A stretch of 64,000 nucleotides of DNA from an uncultured Chloroflexia bacterium (GTDB lineage Bacteria; Chloroflexota; Limnocylindria; Limnocylindrales; CSP1-4). Made by a program: the position numbers and the translations under genes. The stretch's first letter is position 1. Each line of letters begins with the position of its first letter. Shown in pieces: positions 1 through 10,955 of this stretch. The DNA is taken from NCBI GenBank assembly GCA_963801745.1, contig CAWDFY010000005.1:918619-982618 (forward strand), in the 5' to 3' direction. The notes beneath the pieces are model-generated. The model saw nothing but the letters and a program-made list of their open reading frames with translations, was not told the origin of the DNA and did not search any database.

Positions 1-848
1 GGCGACCTGCTGGAAGCTGTGCTCGCCGTGCACCAGCCCGTAGTGCGAGTGAGCTCCGAAGGGCTCGTACTCGGCGTCCAGCCACTCGGCCAGCCGCTCG
101 GCGTCATCGAGCGACGTGCCCCGGTCGAGGCCACCGCTGATGACGAGGCGCGGGATGTCCGAGACGACGCGCCGATCGACCGGCACGCCGGCCAGCACCT
201 GCCGCCGGGCTGCACCCGATTCGTGCGGCTTCTGGCCGAGCAGGTGCTGGATGCGCAGCACGTCGGCGAGGGTCAGGTCGCGCTGATCGCGCAGCAGCTT
301 CTCAGGGAGGGTCTCCCAGCCGATCACGTTCCGGCCGTAGACCTCGGGGATCTCCCGCAGCTGGTACGGGCGGGCGGGTGGGCGCAGGCCGCGCGGCAGC
401 TCCGGAGCGATGAGCACCATGCCCGAGATCGCCACCCGCTCGGCGGCCTTGAGGACGAGCAGCCCGCCCATCCCGTGTCCGACGGCCACCGTAGTCGGCC
501 CGAGCCGGTCGAGCGCCGCGACGACGTCCTCGACATACGTGTCGAAGGACAGCGTCGTCGGGTCCTCGGTCCGCGACCAGTAGTGGTTCTGGAGGTTGAT
601 CGCGTGGCCTTCCCAGCCTCGCCCGGCGAAGTAGCCGAGGTAGCGCTCCCAGACCCACGACCCGGCGAGCTCACCGTGGACGAACGCGAGCGGCTTGCGC
701 CGGGAACGACGCTCGGGCAGCCACGACTCGATGTAGACGCCGCGGTCGTGCAGCTCGATCTCGTCCTTGCGCACCGGCCGGCCGCTCGAAGGCGGGACCT
801 GGGCAGCGCGCGACAGGATGGGCTCCGGGATCGGGTCGGGCATGCGGT

Positions 849-855
<7 letters not shown>
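1..855 (-). CDS. alpha/beta-fold hydrolase, partial (C-terminus beyond window start); nucleophile position is Gly (G-H-G-M-G-G)
   Basis: My own minus-strand translation. The frame is open from the ATG at 855..853 to the window edge. Conceptual translation reads MVNRMPDP...HGELAGSWVWERYLGYFAGRGWEGHAINL...VAVGHGMGGLLVLKAAERVAISGMVLIAPE...HYGLVHGEHSFQQVA. The order HGxxG, nucleophile elbow, downstream His is that of the alpha/beta hydrolase fold. It is absent from the ORF track because there is no stop codon inside the window. The start overlaps the stop of the upstream DUF1015 gene. Confidence 0.6.
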
Positions 856-2291
<1,436 letters not shown>

Positions 2292-2386
2292 CTTTCGCCG
2301 GGGGTGGGGCGTCCATGCTCCGACTCATCCCGCCTACCGGCAGCATCGGAGTCTGCGTGCGTCAACGAGGATTCAAGGGGGTTTCG

Positions 2387-4837
2387 ATGGTCGCGCGTGT
2401 CGGCGCAGCCATCGCGCTGTTGACGGGCCTCGTCGCGGCCCCGGCGGCGGCCGGGCGGCCCGTCCATGCGGTCGCGCCGCCACCCGGTCTGACCATGGAG
2501 GCCCGGGTCCTGCTGAACGGCCACGCCCGGGTCGGGTCGTGGATGGCCATCGACGTGCATCTCGCGAACGAGGGCCCGCCGATCTCCGGCGAGCTGCGGA
2601 TGCCGGGCGGCGTCCAGGGCCGCACGGTGTTCGGCACCGTCGTCGACGTCCCCACCCAGTCCGACAAGACGTACCGCCTGTACGCGCAGCCGCCGGGCTT
2701 CGGCCGCGAGCTCGAGATCAGCCTGGTCGACGGCCCCTCGACCATCGCGACCGCCGCCGCGGAGTTCTCGGTGCACGACATCGGGCAGCTGACCGTCGGC
2801 ATCGTGGCCGAGGATCCGGGCGAGATCATCGGCGACCTCGACCTCCTGCCGAACGCGAGCAACGTCAAGCCGCTTACGGTGGGCCTGGCGCCGGCCGACC
2901 TGCCCACGCGGGTCGAGGCGTGGGGCGCGGTCGACCGGCTGATCTGGCAGGACACCGACTCGACGGCCCTCGACGCCGACCAGCTGGCGGCATTGCGCGG
3001 TTGGGTCGCCGGTGGCGGTCGCATGATCATCGCGGGCGGGACCGCCGGACCGGCCAGCCTGTCGGCGTTCCCTGACGACATCCTCCCCTACCGCCCTTCG
3101 ACGACCACGGACGTCGCGGCGTCGTCGCTCGAGTCGCTGCTCGGCCGGGTCCCGGACGGCGCGACCGACCTGCCTGCTCTCTCTGGCGAGCTGACGGCCG
3201 GTCGGGCCCTCGCCAGCGTCGGCGACCGTGCGGTGGCCGCGGAGCGGGCGTACGGGGCGGGCTCCGTCACGATCATCGGGTTCGACCCGACGGCCGAGTG
3301 GCTGGCGGGCACCTCCCAGGCGGAGGGCCTCTGGCGTCGCCTCATCCCGAGCCGCACGCCGGGCGCGGCGCTGGGCGGCGACGACAGCCAGATCGTCCAG
3401 GCGGCCTCGCAGCTGCCGACCCTCGCGCTGCCGCCGATCGAGGGCCTCATCGCGCTGCTCGGCGGCTACATCCTCCTGATCGGCCCGATCAACTACCTGA
3501 TCCTGCGCCACTTCGACAAGCGCGAGTGGGCGTGGGTCACGATGCCGGCGCTGATCGTCGCGTTCGCCGTGGGTGCATACGGCTTCGGATCGCTCCTCCG
3601 CGGCAGCGACGTCATCATCAACGAAGTCGCCATCGTGCGCGGCGCCCCCGGCGCCACCGAAGGCATCGCCCAGGCGTACTACGGGATCTTCTCGCCGACC
3701 CGGCGCACCTACCAGATCCGCGTGCCGGGTGGTGCGCTGCTGTCGACCCCGGTCAGCGGCGACTTCGGCGGCGCGCAGGCCGGCGGGACCGGCCTCGACG
3801 TGCTCCAGGGCGACCCGTCGCGGATCCGCGACCTGGGCGTCGGCTTCGGGTCGCTGCGGACGATCAAGGCCGAGAGCGCCGTCGACGTGCCCCTCATCCG
3901 GACCGACCTGCGGCTCGAGGACGGGCGGCTCAAGGGGACTATCACCAACGCCTCCGAGGAGACCGTCCTGGAGCCGGCCATCGTCCTCGGCGGCAGCGTC
4001 GCGCGCCTCGACGACCTCGCGCCGGGGGCGTCGGTGCCGGTCGACACCGCGATCCAGCCCGCCCAGATCAACCAGCAGCTGTCCGACAAGGTGGTCGGCT
4101 CGATGTTCTTCGGCGAGCCGGAGCGCGTCGGCGAGGACGGGGCTCGCCAGAACACCCGGCACCTCATCATCGACCAGCTGACGTTCGACCCGCAGTTCGG
4201 GTCGAGCGTCCAGCTGGCCGTCGACGGCCCGGTCCTGCTCGGCTGGTCGGAGCGCGAGCTGCTGCCGATCCAGATCGAGGGCCAGGCGGCCCGCCACACG
4301 GGCAGCATCCTGTGGTTCCTGCCGGCGGACATCGCGATCAGCGGCAAGACCTCGTTCCACCGGGACCTGATCCAGAGCACGGTCCTCGCCAGCGACGCCG
4401 CGATGTTCAACAAGGACCAGGTCAACATCAACTTCGGCCGGGGCAGCGCCGAGGTGTCCTATCGCCCGATGTCGTTCGACGGGACGATGAAGGCGACCGA
4501 GCTCGTGATCGGCTTCAACTTCGGCGACATCGTCGCCGGCGACCCGCAGCCGATCGAGCCGATCACCGACATCCCGGTGATCTGCGAGGCAGGCGAGATC
4601 GTCGACGGCTGCGTCGAGCGCGACTTCGACGGCCTGCCGGAGGTCGAGCTGTACGACCTGACCGGTGACATGTGGCGCCGCCTGCCGCACATGACCGGTG
4701 GCTGGACGTACCGGGTCGCCGACCCCGCCCGATACGTCGATCCCGCGACCGGCACGGTCCTCGCCCGCTACGTCAACGAGTCGAACGACGGTGTCAGCTT
4801 CAACTTCGACCTGACCATCAAGGGTGACGTGTCGTGA
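2387..4837 (+). CDS. large secreted/membrane protein, first gene of the operon (possible GldG-like ABC-exporter auxiliary protein)
   Basis: A strong RBS (AAGGGGG) lies 6 nt upstream of the ATG at 2387. The N-terminal signal peptide reads MVARVGAAIALLTGLVAAPAAAG. An internal pair of TM helices follows (LIALLGGYILLIGPINYLIL / WVTMPALIVAFAVGAYGFGSLL). The remainder is extracytoplasmic. The gene is translationally coupled (GTGA overlap) to the downstream ABC ATPase. Confidence 0.6.
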   Translation: MVARVGAAIALLTGLVAAPAAAGRPVHAVAPPPGLTMEARVLLNGHARVGSWMAIDVHLANEGPPISGELRMPGGVQGRTVFGTVVDVPTQSDKTYRLYAQPPGFGRELEISLVDGPSTIATAAAEFSVHDIGQLTVGIVAEDPGEIIGDLDLLPNASNVKPLTVGLAPADLPTRVEAWGAVDRLIWQDTDSTALDADQLAALRGWVAGGGRMIIAGGTAGPASLSAFPDDILPYRPSTTTDVAASSLESLLGRVPDGATDLPALSGELTAGRALASVGDRAVAAERAYGAGSVTIIGFDPTAEWLAGTSQAEGLWRRLIPSRTPGAALGGDDSQIVQAASQLPTLALPPIEGLIALLGGYILLIGPINYLILRHFDKREWAWVTMPALIVAFAVGAYGFGSLLRGSDVIINEVAIVRGAPGATEGIAQAYYGIFSPTRRTYQIRVPGGALLSTPVSGDFGGAQAGGTGLDVLQGDPSRIRDLGVGFGSLRTIKAESAVDVPLIRTDLRLEDGRLKGTITNASEETVLEPAIVLGGSVARLDDLAPGASVPVDTAIQPAQINQQLSDKVVGSMFFGEPERVGEDGARQNTRHLIIDQLTFDPQFGSSVQLAVDGPVLLGWSERELLPIQIEGQAARHTGSILWFLPADIAISGKTSFHRDLIQSTVLASDAAMFNKDQVNINFGRGSAEVSYRPMSFDGTMKATELVIGFNFGDIVAGDPQPIEPITDIPVICEAGEIVDGCVERDFDGLPEVELYDLTGDMWRRLPHMTGGWTYRVADPARYVDPATGTVLARYVNESNDGVSFNFDLTIKGDVS

Positions 4838-5796
4838 CCGAGATCGTGCGGACCGAGGGTCTCGTCAAGCGCTACGACGGCACGCTCGCCGTGGCGGGCG
4901 TCGACCTGAGCGTCCAGTCGGGCGAGATCTTCGGGCTGGTCGGCCCGAATGGGGCCGGCAAGACGACCACGCTGCGAATCCTGGCCACGCTGCTCCAGCC
5001 ATCGGCCGGCTCAGCCGAGATCGCCGGCATGTCGGTGACCCGGAACCCGGACCACGTCCGACGCGTCCTCGGGTTCATGCCGGACGCGTTCGGGGTGTAC
5101 GACGACATGAAGGTCTGGGAGTACCTGGACTTCTTCGCCCGCTGCTACGGCCTCACCCCGGCCGCACGACGACGGGTCATCGCCGACCTGCTCGAGCTGG
5201 TCGACCTCGGCGACAAGCGCGACGCCTACGTCCAGACGCTGTCGCGCGGCATGCAGCAGCGGCTGTGCCTCGCGCACGCGCTCGTCCACGACCCGCAGGT
5301 CCTGCTGCTCGACGAGCCGGCGTCGGGCCTGGATCCACGCGCCCGCGTCGAGCTGCGCGAGCTGCTCCGCGAGCTGCGGGCGATGGGCAAGACGATCCTC
5401 ATCAGCAGCCACATCCTTCCCGAGCTCGAGGAGCTGTGCACGAGCGTCGCGATCATCGACCGCGGCCAGGTGCTGGCCCAGGGCCGGGTGGCCGACATCG
5501 AGCGACGGCTGCGCTTCGGGGCCGTGCTCCGGGTCCGGCTACTGCTCGAGGGTGAGGCGCTCGACGCCGCGCGCGACCGGTTCGCCGCCGATCCCGACGT
5601 CGCCTCGGCCGTCGTGCTCGAGGATGGGACGATCGAGCTCGGGTTCCGCGGCGACGACGAGGCGACGGCACGCCTCCTCGCGTCATCGATCGCGGCCGGG
5701 CTGCCGATCCTGACCTTCGCCCGCGCTGCCAGCGACCTCGAGGAGCTGTTCCTCCAGGTGACGTCGCCCGACCGCGAACCGGTGGCCGTGGCATGA
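4834..5796 (+). CDS. ABC transporter ATP-binding protein (ABC-2 / GldA-NosF-CcmA type)
   Basis: Walker A is GPNGAGKTT. The ABC signature is LSRGMQQRL. Walker B is LLLDEPASGLD. The H-loop is SSHIL. Confidence 0.9.
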   Translation: MTEIVRTEGLVKRYDGTLAVAGVDLSVQSGEIFGLVGPNGAGKTTTLRILATLLQPSAGSAEIAGMSVTRNPDHVRRVLGFMPDAFGVYDDMKVWEYLDFFARCYGLTPAARRRVIADLLELVDLGDKRDAYVQTLSRGMQQRLCLAHALVHDPQVLLLDEPASGLDPRARVELRELLRELRAMGKTILISSHILPELEELCTSVAIIDRGQVLAQGRVADIERRLRFGAVLRVRLLLEGEALDAARDRFAADPDVASAVVLEDGTIELGFRGDDEATARLLASSIAAGLPILTFARAASDLEELFLQVTSPDREPVAVA

Positions 5797-5806
5797 GGCA
5801 CCGCCG

Positions 5807-6985
5807 ATGACCGAGCTGACCGCGACGACCACGCCGGTCCCGCCGCAGGCGCCGCGCTGGTCGTCGTTCGCGCGCACTGTCGGCGGCGTGACCGCGATCG
5901 GGGTCAAGGAGCTGCGCGGCCGGATGCGCGGCCGTCGGGCCTTCGTGATCCTGACCATCTACCTCGTGCTGCTCGGCCTGTTCGCCCTCATGGTCGAACG
6001 GGTCATGGAGGCGGATTACGCCGAGCGCCTGATCGGGACGCCCGCTTCGGCGGGTCCGGCGATAGGCCAGGGGATCTTCGCCGCCCTGCTGATGCTGATG
6101 ACGCTCCAGGTGGTCTTCCTCGCCCCATCGTCAACCGCGGGCGCGATCTCGCTCGAGCGTGAGAAGCAGACCCTCGATCTGCTGGTCACGACGCCGATCA
6201 GCTCGCTCGCGATCGTCATCGGCAAGCTGCTTTCGGCGCTGGTCTACGTCTTCCTGCTGATCGCGGCGTCGATCCCGTTGATGGCCGTCGTGTTCGTGTT
6301 CGGCGGCGTCGGCCCGGATGATGTGATCCGCGGCTACCTAGTGCTGATCGTCGCGGCCATCGGCTTCGGTGCCTTCGGGTTGTTCTGCTCGAGCCTCGTG
6401 AAGCGGACGACCGCCTCGACCGCGATCACGATCTTCGGTGTGTTGGCGATCACCATCGGGACGATCTTCGTGCTCGTGTTCTGGCAGGCGTTGTCGGACG
6501 TGGACGACAACGGCAACCAGCGCCCGGGCGTGCTCGGGATCCGAACGCCGGCGGTGCTCGCCTGGATGAACCCGTTCGTGGCCCAGGCAGACGTGCTGTG
6601 CGGCACCGAGTCGACGTTCAGCGGCGGCTGGTGCCAGTTCGTCAACGGCCTCGTCCCGAACGACAACGGCGTCGTGATCCGCGACGGCGGCGTGATCCCG
6701 GTGCCGCCACCGCCGGGCCTCGGCGGAGAGCGGGCACCCGTCGCGGTCGGCGGCGTCGCCGTGGGTGGCGGCCAGACCGAGCCCGGGATCGGGGTGAACG
6801 CCGTCCAGGCCTTCGGCCCCGAGCGAGATCGGTTGTGGACGAAGAGCGTCGTGACCTGGCTCGTCCTGTCGGTGGTCTTCATCGCCCTGTCGGTCCAGGC
6901 GGTCTCGCCGACCCGCCGCTGGCAGGTCCGGCGTGGGCCTCGCACGCCGGCGCCGCCGGTGGACAGCGCCGGGCCGGTGGCATGA
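5807..6985 (+). CDS. ABC-2 family permease with large extracytoplasmic insert
   Basis: There are six hydrophobic helices. A long Gly/Pro-rich loop sits between TM5 and TM6. The stop overlaps the next start (ATGA), indicating coupling. Confidence 0.8.
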   Translation: MTELTATTTPVPPQAPRWSSFARTVGGVTAIGVKELRGRMRGRRAFVILTIYLVLLGLFALMVERVMEADYAERLIGTPASAGPAIGQGIFAALLMLMTLQVVFLAPSSTAGAISLEREKQTLDLLVTTPISSLAIVIGKLLSALVYVFLLIAASIPLMAVVFVFGGVGPDDVIRGYLVLIVAAIGFGAFGLFCSSLVKRTTASTAITIFGVLAITIGTIFVLVFWQALSDVDDNGNQRPGVLGIRTPAVLAWMNPFVAQADVLCGTESTFSGGWCQFVNGLVPNDNGVVIRDGGVIPVPPPPGLGGERAPVAVGGVAVGGGQTEPGIGVNAVQAFGPERDRLWTKSVVTWLVLSVVFIALSVQAVSPTRRWQVRRGPRTPAPPVDSAGPVA

Positions 6986-8902
6986 GCCTGACGCTGCGCG
7001 TCCCCGCCGCGCTGCGACCGGCCCGGCCGGCGCACGGCGGCGCCATGGTCCCGCCCGATCCGCGCGAGGCCCTCGACGGCCCGCTCGACCCGACGCTCGA
7101 GACCATCCGCACCTCGCTCGCCCCGCACCGGCGGCGTCTCTGGCTGCGCCGGATCGTCCGCCGTGGATGGATGGCGCTCGCGGCGATCGCCGTCGGCGAG
7201 GTCGCGATCTGGACGATCGCCCGGTTCGTGCCGCTCGAGACGGCCCCGCTGGTCGCGGCAGTGATCCCGGTGGTGGTGCTGCTCGTCTGGCTCGCGGCGT
7301 GCATCCTGGCGCGTCCGTCGCTCGGCGAGACGGCGCTGGCGGTCGACGTCGAGGGCGGGCTCGGAGACCGCGTCTCGTCGGCGCTCGAGCTGGCCGTCGC
7401 GTTCCCAGGCTCGGCAACGCCCCCCGCGGACAGCGTCGACCTCGACGCCCCGGTCGCCGCGGTCGACGAGGCCGCCGAGACCGACCGGTTTGTCCGACGT
7501 CAGCGACGAGATGCGCTGCAGTCGCTGCGCACCGTGCCGGCGTTGTTCAAGCCACGCTTCTCGCGGGATCCTGCGATCGCCGCGGTTGTGGCCGTCGCAC
7601 TGCTCGTTCCGGTGGTCGCCCTGCCCAATCCGCAGAACGCCGTCATCGCCGAGCGACAGGAGGTCCGCGAGGCCGCGGACCGCCAGGCCGATCGACTCGA
7701 GGAGATCGCCCGCGATCTCGAGACCAGGGGTCGCGACTCCGAGGACCCGCGGACCCGGCTCGCCGAGGAGCTGCGCGAGCTCGCTCGCCAGCTGCGCGAC
7801 CGGCCCGGTGAGCTCGCCGCGAACCTGCGCCAGCTCGGTGCGGTCGAGAGCGACGTCCGCGCGCGCATCGACCCCGCGACCGAGCAGCGCGCCTCAGCGA
7901 TGACCTCGCTCGCGCGCTCGCTGTCGCGGGCGGCGACCGGCAACCCCGACGCGAACCGCGACGGCGAGCCGGAGAAGACCAGGGACGACCTGGAGGAGCT
8001 CGGCGACAAGCTCGACGACATGACCGAGGCCGAGCGCCGGGCGCTCGCACAGCGGCTGGCGGAGATGCAATCGACGGCATCGAGTGCCGATGGTGGCGCC
8101 GCGACCGCCCTGCGCGATGCCGCGCAAAGCCTCGCCCAGGGCGACGCCGCGGGTGCACGCTCCGCGCTCGACCGGCTCGGCGAGTCGATGGCCGGGGCGC
8201 AGGCGAGCATCGACACCAACCGTGATCTGGCAGAGGCGGCTTCACGGCTCCAGGACGCCCGTCGCGACCTGGCCGATGCCGGCCAGCCGGGAGATCAGCA
8301 GGGCCAGGGGCAAGGTCAAGGCCAACGCCAAGGTCAAGGCCAGGGGCAGGGCAGCCCGCAGCCCAGCGGTCAAGGCCAGGGTCAGGGTCAAGGCCAGGGT
8401 CAAGGCCAGGGCCAGGGTCAGGGTCAGGGCCAAGGCCAGGGTCAGGGCCAAGGTCAAGGTCAGGGCCAGGGCCAAGGCCAGGGCCAAGGTCAAGGCCAGG
8501 GCCAAGGTCAGGGCCAGGCAGGGCCAGGGCGCCATCGGCGGCGGCGGGTCGAACGCCCGCTCGCTCGGCCAGGGCACCGGTGGCAACGGCCGCCCTGCCG
8601 GGCCGACCAACCCGAACCGTCCTTCCGAGCTGGGCGAGGACCTCTCGTCGGTGTTCGCGCCGTTCGACCGCGTCGGTCGGCCGGGTGACCCGTCGTACGT
8701 CGCCGGTACCGGCGGCGACGGCCAGACCCAGCAGGGGTCCGGCACCGGCTCCGGCACGAACAACGGCGCGCTGACCCCGTACCAGCAGGTCTACGCCGAT
8801 TTCTTCGACTACGCGCAGACGTCGCTCGACCGCGGCTACGTGCCGCTCTCGATCAAGGACTACGTGCGCGACTACTTCAGCTCGCTCGACCCGTCGAACT
8901 AG
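6982..8902 (+). CDS. membrane-anchored coiled-coil protein with a (Gly-Gln)~50 repeat and conserved C-terminal domain; apparent +/-1 frameshift near 8517
   Basis: An ATGA overlap couples it to the permease. Two N-terminal TM helices are present. The middle is rich in E/R/A/L and looks like coiled coil. The GQ repeat in one frame runs into junk (AGPGRHRRRR). The continuation that looks like real protein, QGQGAIGGGGSNARSLGQG...LTPYQQVYADFFDYAQTSLDRGYVPLSIKDYVRDYFSSLDPSN, is in the ORF-track frame 8084..8902. The two frames are reconciled by a 1-nt indel in ggccaggcagggccagggc. Confidence 0.55.
8299..8536 (+). repeat. tandem hexanucleotide repeat (GGN-CAR)n, about 38 units, encoding poly(Gly-Gln)
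   Basis: Direct reading shows ggtcaaggccagggtcagggtcaaggccagggc... repeated continuously. The three frames encode GQ, VKAR/AKVR and SRPGPG respectively. Confidence 0.9.
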
Positions 8903-8942
8903 GGGCGTCGACCACCCGTCGACGGCCGCATCCGGAGGCCGC

Positions 8943-9956
8943 ATGGAATCGCCAGCCACGATCGATCCGACCCAGCGACTCACGCCCGAGGCGTTCGCCG
9001 AACGCGCCGGGGCGATCGAGCGCGAGGTCGGGCGCGTCATCGTCGGCCAGCGGGATCTCGTCCGTCAGACGATGACCGGACTGCTCGCGAACAGCCACGT
9101 GCTGTTGGAGGGCGTGCCCGGGCTGGGCAAGACGATGCTCGTGCGGACCATCGCCGACGTCATCGACTGCACGTTCAACCGCATCCAGTTCACGCCGGAC
9201 CTGATGCCGGCCGACATCACCGGCACGAACATCCTCGTCGAGGAGGATGGCCAGCGGGTCTTCAGGTTCCAGCCGGGCCCGGTCTTCGCGAACCTGGTCC
9301 TCGCCGACGAGATCAACCGGGCGACCCCCAAGACCCAGTCGAGCCTCCTCGAGGCGATGCAGGAGCACCAGGTCACGGTCGCCCGACAGCGCTACAAGCT
9401 CGACCCGCCGTTCTTCGTCCTCGCCACCCAGAACCCGCTCGAGATGGAGGGCACCTATCCCCTCCCCGAGGCGCAGCTCGACCGGTTCATGTTCAAGGTC
9501 ATGGTCCCCTTCCCGTCGGAGGAGGACCTGGTCGCGATCATGGACCGCACGACCGGCGCGGAGGGCGTGTCGGCGAGCAAGATCTGCACGGCGGCGGAGA
9601 TCGTCGAGATGCAGCGCCTGGCCCGGGCCGTCCCGATCGCACCGCACGTGACGGCCTACGCGGTCAGCCTCCTCGCCGCGACCCATCCTGACAGCGGCCG
9701 GGCGCCGGGTCTCGTCCGCGAGTACGTCCGCTACGGTGGATCGCCGCGCGGCGCCCAGGCGCTCGTCACGGCGGGCAAGATCTACGCGCTGCTCGACGGT
9801 CGCTTCAACGTCTCGACCGACGACATCCGGGCGGTGGCGCTCCCGTCCCTCCGCCATCGGATCATCCTCAACTTCGAGGGTGAGGCCGAGGGCATCACCA
9901 GCGAGTCGGCCATCCGCGCGATCCTCGACGCCGTCGCCGTCCCGACCGTCGAATAG
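8943..9956 (+). CDS. MoxR-family AAA+ ATPase
   Basis: Walker A reads GVPGLGKT. Walker B reads LADEINRATPKTQSSLLEAMQE. The sequence ...VLATQNPLE...PEAQLDRF is typical of MoxR/RavA. Confidence 0.9.
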   Translation: MESPATIDPTQRLTPEAFAERAGAIEREVGRVIVGQRDLVRQTMTGLLANSHVLLEGVPGLGKTMLVRTIADVIDCTFNRIQFTPDLMPADITGTNILVEEDGQRVFRFQPGPVFANLVLADEINRATPKTQSSLLEAMQEHQVTVARQRYKLDPPFFVLATQNPLEMEGTYPLPEAQLDRFMFKVMVPFPSEEDLVAIMDRTTGAEGVSASKICTAAEIVEMQRLARAVPIAPHVTAYAVSLLAATHPDSGRAPGLVREYVRYGGSPRGAQALVTAGKIYALLDGRFNVSTDDIRAVALPSLRHRIILNFEGEAEGITSESAIRAILDAVAVPTVE

Positions 9957-9965
9957 TCGGGCGAC

Positions 9966-10946
9966 ATGACCGAGCGGACGAGCCTCGACGCCGGGGCCTC
10001 GCAGCCCACGGGCACGAGCCAGCCGCCGGCGGCCGGGACGCGACAGGCGTTCCTGCCGAGCGAGGTCGACCCGACGGTCTTCGACGAGGCGTTCCTGCGC
10101 CAGCTCGAGCGGCTGCTGCTGCTGATGCGGTCGCCGGTCCGCGGCGGGCTCAAGGGCGGACGGCGCAGCGTCAAGCGCGGCCAGTCGGTCGAGTTCGCGG
10201 ACTACCGCGAATACACGATGGGCGACGATCTGCGCCAGCTCGACTGGAACGTCTACGCCCGTCTCGAGCGGTTGTTCGTGAAGCTCTTCGTCGAGGAGGA
10301 GGACGTCACGGTCACGCTGCTCGTCGATGCGTCGGCGTCGATGGCGACCGGCCGGCCGTCCAAGCTCGTCTTCGCCAAGCGGGCCGCGGCCGCCCTGGGC
10401 TACATCGGTCTCGCCAGCGAGGACCGGGTGGCGGTCAGCTCGTTGGCCGGGCGCGCGGCGCGCCGTCGCGCGTCGCTACGCGGCTCCGGCCGGGTGTTCC
10501 GGCTGCTGGCCGACCTGTCGGCGATCGAACCGGCGGACGGGCCGACCGACCTCGTCGCCGCCGCCAGGCACGCGGCCGCCCAGCTCCATGGGCGAGGCGT
10601 CATCGTGCTGCTGAGCGACCTGCTCGACCCGAACGCCGATCGGATCATCCGCGAGCTGGCGGCGACGGGTTCCGAGCTGATCGTCCTGCACGTCCTCTCG
10701 CCGGACGAGCTCGAACCGCCGCTCGAGGGCGATCTGCGTCTGGTCGACACCGAGACCGGTGACCGGGTCGACATCACGGCCGATCTAGCGACGATCGACG
10801 CGTACAAGGAGCGCCTCGTCGCATGGAAGGCCACGTTCGCCGACCTCGCGGCGCGCCGCGGGGCGAGCTACGTCGACCTCGCATCGGATGTGAACCTCGC
10901 CGAGCTGATGTTCGCCGAGCTGCGTCGCCGTCGAGTGCTGGGCTAG
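9966..10946 (+). CDS. DUF58 domain protein (MoxR partner)
   Basis: The core DYREYTMGDDLRQLDWNVYARLERLFVKLFVEEED is followed by VTLLVDASASM. It starts 9 nt after the MoxR stop. Confidence 0.85.
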   Translation: MTERTSLDAGASQPTGTSQPPAAGTRQAFLPSEVDPTVFDEAFLRQLERLLLLMRSPVRGGLKGGRRSVKRGQSVEFADYREYTMGDDLRQLDWNVYARLERLFVKLFVEEEDVTVTLLVDASASMATGRPSKLVFAKRAAAALGYIGLASEDRVAVSSLAGRAARRRASLRGSGRVFRLLADLSAIEPADGPTDLVAAARHAAAQLHGRGVIVLLSDLLDPNADRIIRELAATGSELIVLHVLSPDELEPPLEGDLRLVDTETGDRVDITADLATIDAYKERLVAWKATFADLAARRGASYVDLASDVNLAELMFAELRRRRVLG

Positions 10947-10955
10947 GGACGGCCG

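Noticed and set aside
6338-9040. Minus-strand ORFs 6338..7417 and 7643..9040 and plus ORFs 6933..7811, 7490..7903
   Set aside because: These are shadow ORFs over the permease and the GQ-repeat gene. The repeat makes all six frames open.
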